64,000 nt of DNA. Origin: an uncultured Burkholderiales bacterium (GTDB taxonomy: Bacteria > Pseudomonadota > Gammaproteobacteria > Burkholderiales > Burkholderiaceae_C). The stretch lies in NCBI GenBank assembly GCA_937927685.1, contig CALBSC010000038.1, forward strand, positions 32,175 to 96,174, written 5' to 3'. Shown in pieces: positions 59,774-64,000 of this stretch. Numbering within the stretch: position 1 is the first letter of the stretch; each line of letters starts with the position of its first letter. The translations under genes were made by a program, and so were the position numbers. Under the pieces are notes generated by a model that was not told where the DNA came from, made no database searches, and saw nothing but the letters and a program-made list of their open reading frames with translations.

Positions 59774-60718
59774 TCAGTTTTTTTCCAGATTCAGGCGGGG
59801 GATCAGATCGGCGTGCAGCCGATAGGTCTTTTGAATGCGCTCCTTGAACTGTGCAGCGGTCAGGAAGGCCGGTACCTGTTGCAAGGACTGTGCAGATTGC
59901 TTGAACCCCTCAGACTCCAGCACCTTCTGACACAGGGTTTGCAGTCGAGCGAGTGTCTCGGGCGGTGTGCCCGCTGGCGCATACACCCCATTCAGCCCGG
60001 GAATGACCGAGGGGTAACCCAGCTCGGTGAGTGAAGGCACCTCGGGCATGGCAGGATGCCGTTTGTCCGAGAGCACGGCCAACACGCGCAGGCCTTTGCC
60101 CTTGATGGAGGACAGCGCCGGGGCCGCAGCGTCGAGCTGCCCGCCCAGGAGTTGAGGCAGCATCGGACCATCACCCTTGAAGGGAATCCCGTTGAGTTCG
60201 ATGCCGAGCTCTTTTTCGACCGCGGCCACACCCAGGTGCGGCACCGATCCGTTGCCGGCATGGCCGTAAGAGATCGTCCCCGGTGCTGCCTTGGCACGGG
60301 CCACCAGTTCCTGCATCGTCTTGATGGGGGATTCCGGTCGGACCGCCAGGGTGAAGACGTTTTCAAACACCTGACACACCGGCTCGACCTGGTCGTGGCG
60401 AAACGGCATGGTCTTCATCAGGAACGGGGAATTGGTCAAGGCCGATGCCGGGGAGAACACCAGGGTCTGTCCATCCGGGGCGGCACGCGTCAAGGCGGTG
60501 AAGCCAATCGTGCCGGCGCCACCATCACGGTTGACCACCACCCAATTTTGTCCGGTGATCTGCGAAGCCTCACGTGCAAAGGCGCGGCCGATGGCATCCA
60601 CTCCGCCACCAGCAGCATACGGCAGGATGACTTCCACGTTGCGCTTGTCCTGCGCCGTCACGCCCGTGACGCCGCACAGGATCAGCAAACTCATCAAGGT
60701 ATGTTTCATGGTCATCAC
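59774..60718 (-). CDS. Bug/TctC family substrate-binding protein
   Basis: PYAAGGGVD, VNRDGGAG, APDG, PFKG. Confidence 0.9.
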   Translation of the reverse strand: MMTMKHTLMSLLILCGVTGVTAQDKRNVEVILPYAAGGGVDAIGRAFAREASQITGQNWVVVNRDGGAGTIGFTALTRAAPDGQTLVFSPASALTNSPFLMKTMPFRHDQVEPVCQVFENVFTLAVRPESPIKTMQELVARAKAAPGTISYGHAGNGSVPHLGVAAVEKELGIELNGIPFKGDGPMLPQLLGGQLDAAAPALSSIKGKGLRVLAVLSDKRHPAMPEVPSLTELGYPSVIPGLNGVYAPAGTPPETLARLQTLCQKVLESEGFKQSAQSLQQVPAFLTAAQFKERIQKTYRLHADLIPRLNLEKN

Positions 60719-60804
60719 GCTGTGATCAAAGTCGAAATTGTTCCAGCAGGAAGGTCAGCTATGCAGATCGAGGAAGCAGGCTCCACCCGTCGTGAAGGAC
60801 TCAG

Positions 60805-61359
60805 TCACGACTCGTGATCACGCGCAGCGTCGATGAGCACAAATGCAATCCGGGCAGGCTTGCCAGAGCGGTTGGCCCAGGCGTGGTTGGTGCCGCGCTG
60901 GATCAGGATGTCGCCGGCACGCAGAATGGTCTCCTCACCCTCCATGATCGCGGTGATCTCCCCGGCCAGCATGATGGCGTAATCAATGGTGTCTGTTTTG
61001 TGCATGCCGGGATGGTCATGCGGCTTGAGGGTGTGGTCCGCATCCGGAAACAGACTCGCAAAGGTGGCAGCCTGCATGCGCTGCACTTCTTCCGGGTTGG
61101 TCGGCTCGGGCGGATAGTCAATGACGCGCACCACAGTGCCCCGAGTGGGCGGCAACACACCTTGTTGGTCGAGGATGCTGTCGGGGGCATGGATGCCCGA
61201 TGGTGAAGCACCCGTTCGCCAGACGTTGGTCACGCGGTACCCCGGGCGAGCCGGGACCACCTTGACAGCGGGAGACGGCGCATCCTCCACGAAAATGGCC
61301 CGGCCTTGCGCATCTTCACCGGTCACCACGCGCCGCACGGGCGGAAACAATTCACTCAT
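60805..61359 (-). CDS. Cupin domain protein (copy B)
   Basis: VRRVVTG, RVIDYPP, HPGMHKTDTIDY, QRGTNHAWANRS. Confidence 0.9.
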   Translation of the reverse strand: MSELFPPVRRVVTGEDAQGRAIFVEDAPSPAVKVVPARPGYRVTNVWRTGASPSGIHAPDSILDQQGVLPPTRGTVVRVIDYPPEPTNPEEVQRMQAATFASLFPDADHTLKPHDHPGMHKTDTIDYAIMLAGEITAIMEGEETILRAGDILIQRGTNHAWANRSGKPARIAFVLIDAARDHES

Positions 61360-61398
61360 CTTCAGGTCTCCTGCTCAGAACCGGGTTGAATCGGGGAC

Positions 61399-62367
61399 TC
61401 ATTCGGCTTTGACGCCGGTTTCACGCACCACCGTGCCCCACTTGGTAATTTCCTGCTTGATGTAGCGCGCAAAGGACTCGGGGCTACCTCCCACCGGGTC
61501 AAACCCCAGGGCGGCCAACTGCTCGCGCACAGCGGACTGCTGCAACAGCGATTCAATGTCGGCATGGATGCGGGTCACCACGGCTTTGGGCGTGCCGGTC
61601 GGCACAAACACCCCCACCCAGGTGTAGTCCTCAAACCCGGCAAAGCCTGACTCAGCCACCGTGGGCACTTCAGGCAGGGCACCGGTGCGTTTGACGCTGG
61701 TCACCGCCAGGCCCTGCAGCTTGCCCCCTTTGATCAGCGACACCGCTGCGGGCATGGCCACGCTGGCAAACTGAATCTCACCGGTCAGCGCTCCATTCAA
61801 TGCCGGGCCTGCGCCCTTGTAAGGGGCATGCAGGATGGGCGTCCTGGCCAGCACCTTGAACAAGTACTCGGCCGACAGGTGCGGGGTGGTCCCGGCACCC
61901 GGTGAGCCGTAACTCATCTTCCCCGACTTGGCCGCCTCCAGCGCTTCGCGCAGGTTTTTGGCCTGCAGGGAGGTCCCCGCAACAATGATGTTGGGGCTGT
62001 TGGCCACGTTGACCACGCCCACCAGGTCTTTTTCGAGGTTGTAGCCGGCCGTGGGGTACAGGCTGGCGTTAACGGCCATCGAGCTGGTGTTGATGAGGAC
62101 GGTGTAGCCGTCCGGCGCAGACTTGGCCACTTGCGCACTGCCCACATTCCCACTCGCTCCTGCCCGGTTCTCCACCACCACGGGTTGTTTCCACAGGTCC
62201 GAGAGCTTTTCGCTGAGCAAACGCGCAATGATGTCGGTCGGCCCCCCGGGCGCATAGGGCACCACGAACCGCACCGGTTTGTCGGGAAAGGACTGGGCCC
62301 CCACGGACGTGCCGATCAGGGCGGCCAGCACGCACATCATCACGCGGCGCAAGAATTTCATGATCAC
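61399..62367 (-). CDS. Bug/TctC family substrate-binding protein
   Basis: VPYAPGGPTD, VENRAGASG, APDGYT, HAPYKG. Confidence 0.92.
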   Translation of the reverse strand: MIMKFLRRVMMCVLAALIGTSVGAQSFPDKPVRFVVPYAPGGPTDIIARLLSEKLSDLWKQPVVVENRAGASGNVGSAQVAKSAPDGYTVLINTSSMAVNASLYPTAGYNLEKDLVGVVNVANSPNIIVAGTSLQAKNLREALEAAKSGKMSYGSPGAGTTPHLSAEYLFKVLARTPILHAPYKGAGPALNGALTGEIQFASVAMPAAVSLIKGGKLQGLAVTSVKRTGALPEVPTVAESGFAGFEDYTWVGVFVPTGTPKAVVTRIHADIESLLQQSAVREQLAALGFDPVGGSPESFARYIKQEITKWGTVVRETGVKAE

Positions 62368-62368
62368 C

Positions 62369-63676
62369 TCAATTCACCACACGACCACGGCAACTGCCGA
62401 ATCCGATGGACACAAAGCCAGGGGCCTCGCATCGGGCCTGAAAGCACACCTCGTCCCCGGCGTGCAGATACTGACGTTGTTCACCGGTGGGCAGTTCAAC
62501 GGGTTGCCGACCATCCAGGGTGATTTCTTTCATGCAGCCCAACTCGTCCTGAACGGGGCCTGACACCGTGCCACTGCCGAACAAATCGCCGGGCACGATG
62601 TTGCAACCATTGCTCGTCTGGTGCGCCAGCATTTGGAAAATGGTCCAGTACTGGTCTTTGAATCGCGGACGACTGATGACGTGGGGAGCCAGACCCTGCT
62701 CGCGCATGGCCGGACTCAGCAGGCTGATGTCCAGTTTCAGGTCAATGCCGCCCCAACGCCGATCTGTCTCGTGGTTCAAGTACGGCAGGAGTGCGGGTGC
62801 ATCATCGCCACGGGAAGCCGCCGGCACCCGGAATGGCGCCAGCGCCTCGAGGGTCACCACCCAGGGCGACAAGGTGCTCATGAAGCTTTTGGCCAGGAAC
62901 GGCCCCAGCGGCAGGCTCTCCCAGGTTTGCATGTCACGCGCCGACCAGTCGTTCAGCAAGGACAGGCCAAAAACATGTTGCGCCGCGTTTTCAAGCGCCA
63001 CGGTGCTCCCCAGTGAACTTCCCTGCCCCACATAAAAACCCACCTCGCACTCAAAGTCCAGGCACTGGCTGGGTTCATAACGCGGAAGCGATTCACCAGC
63101 GGGCTTGATTTGACCCGAAGGACGGATACACGGCGTGTCACTCACCACCAGGGATGACACCCGGCTGTGATAAGCGACAGGCAAATGCTTGAAGTTGGGC
63201 AGCAGCGGATTGTCGGGACGCGACAGCCGCCCTGAGTTGGTGGCGTGGTGGATCGAGGTGAAAAAGTCGCTGAAGTCACCCACCTGTGCGGGCAAGGTCA
63301 TGGTCATTTGTGTCAAGGGCGCGAGGCACTGCGCCAGTTTGTCCTGATGCGGCGAGTCCGAACTCAGCAAGGCTGACAAGGCGTGACGCAAGGCCGAGGC
63401 ATGCGGCGCTCCCAACCCCATCAAGTCGTTCAAACGTCCGCTGCGACACGATTCGGCCGCCTCGGCGGACAGCCCTTGGAACAGGCCCAGGTCCAGCACA
63501 TGACAGATATCCAGCACGTGGTCACCAATGGCCGTGAGCACCCGACGTGGGCCCGTTGTGCCATGGATCCCCACGCCCAGGGGCAGGTTCTGAATGGGAA
63601 ACTCGGTGTCGGCTCGGTTGGCGCTCGCCACCCAGCTGCGCAGGGCGGGGTTATGGGTCGGGTTGATCAGGCTCAT
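62369..63676 (-). CDS. fahA: Fumarylacetoacetase
   Basis: FPIQNLPLG, DFFTSIHHATN, PVAYH, LDFECE, LLNDWSARDMQ, GPFLAKSF, GDLFGSGTVSG. Confidence 0.9.
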   Translation of the reverse strand: MSLINPTHNPALRSWVASANRADTEFPIQNLPLGVGIHGTTGPRRVLTAIGDHVLDICHVLDLGLFQGLSAEAAESCRSGRLNDLMGLGAPHASALRHALSALLSSDSPHQDKLAQCLAPLTQMTMTLPAQVGDFSDFFTSIHHATNSGRLSRPDNPLLPNFKHLPVAYHSRVSSLVVSDTPCIRPSGQIKPAGESLPRYEPSQCLDFECEVGFYVGQGSSLGSTVALENAAQHVFGLSLLNDWSARDMQTWESLPLGPFLAKSFMSTLSPWVVTLEALAPFRVPAASRGDDAPALLPYLNHETDRRWGGIDLKLDISLLSPAMREQGLAPHVISRPRFKDQYWTIFQMLAHQTSNGCNIVPGDLFGSGTVSGPVQDELGCMKEITLDGRQPVELPTGEQRQYLHAGDEVCFQARCEAPGFVSIGFGSCRGRVVN

Positions 63677-63774
63677 CGGGGCATCGTAGGTGTGGACCTG
63701 GAGACCGTCAACACACAATCGACAGAAGGCGTCGCCAAGTTGATTCGCGCGGCATCACCTGGCGCCACCCGGCG

Positions 63775-64000
63775 TCAATCCCCGACGATCTTGCGCTCAC
63801 GGATGATGGCACCAAAACGTGCCGAGTCCTCGCTGGCTTTGGCGGCAAATTCGGCCGCACTGATCGCCAGCGATTCACCACCCAGGGCCTGGATGCGTTC
63901 GCGCACCGCCGGCAAACCCAGCGTGCGGTTGATTTCCCGGTTCAGCCGGCTCACCACGTCGGCCGGCGTGCCCGCAGGGGCGTAGAAGCCAAACACGGTG
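63775..64000 (-). CDS. Bug/TctC family substrate-binding protein (C-terminal fragment, runs off the window)
   Basis: FGFYAPAGTPADVVSRLNREI, typical of a Bug C-terminus. Confidence 0.85.
   Translation of the reverse strand, partial: TVFGFYAPAGTPADVVSRLNREINRTLGLPAVRERIQALGGESLAISAAEFAAKASEDSARFGAIIRERKIVGD

Overview
GC-rich chromosomal window from a Betaproteobacterium, most likely Burkholderiales/Comamonadaceae. This is inferred from ten Bug/TctC solute-receptor genes, a stand-alone second IF-1 and tRNA-Ala(CGC). From left to right it holds: a 5'-partial acyl-CoA dehydrogenase-fold gene and a TetR regulator; a Tad/Flp pilus locus (divergent tadE, then flp-cpaA-cpaB-cpaC-lipoprotein-cpaE-cpaF-tadB-tadC); infA; a lactone/sugar-acid catabolic cluster; tRNA-Ala; an M23 peptidase-bactofilin pair; an AT-rich FkbM methyltransferase; a DHDPS-fold protein lacking its catalytic residues, followed by a small ORF, an MFS transporter and selD; a TetR-linked CoA-dependent catabolic island with two matching operators and two complementary hydroxycinnamoyl-CoA hydratase-lyase-like genes; an aromatic catabolic cluster (MhpA-like monooxygenase, two VOC proteins, FAH, GntR); a nitrilase-family amidase; a gentisate dioxygenase-like cupin; sbp-cysTWA; a TctABC-linked sugar(-acid) catabolic operon; and a duplicated Bug-cupin module with fumarylacetoacetase. 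I saw no CRISPR array, rRNA, integrase, transposase, prophage or defence system. The best novelty candidates are the split/heteromeric HCHL-like crotonase pair, the DHDPS pseudo-enzyme, a rod-shaped intergenic RNA candidate next to the tRNA, and several uncharacterised catabolic operons. All calls rest on motif recognition by eye; no database searches were run. Several start codons were moved downstream of the ORF-track start to a more plausible ATG/TTG.
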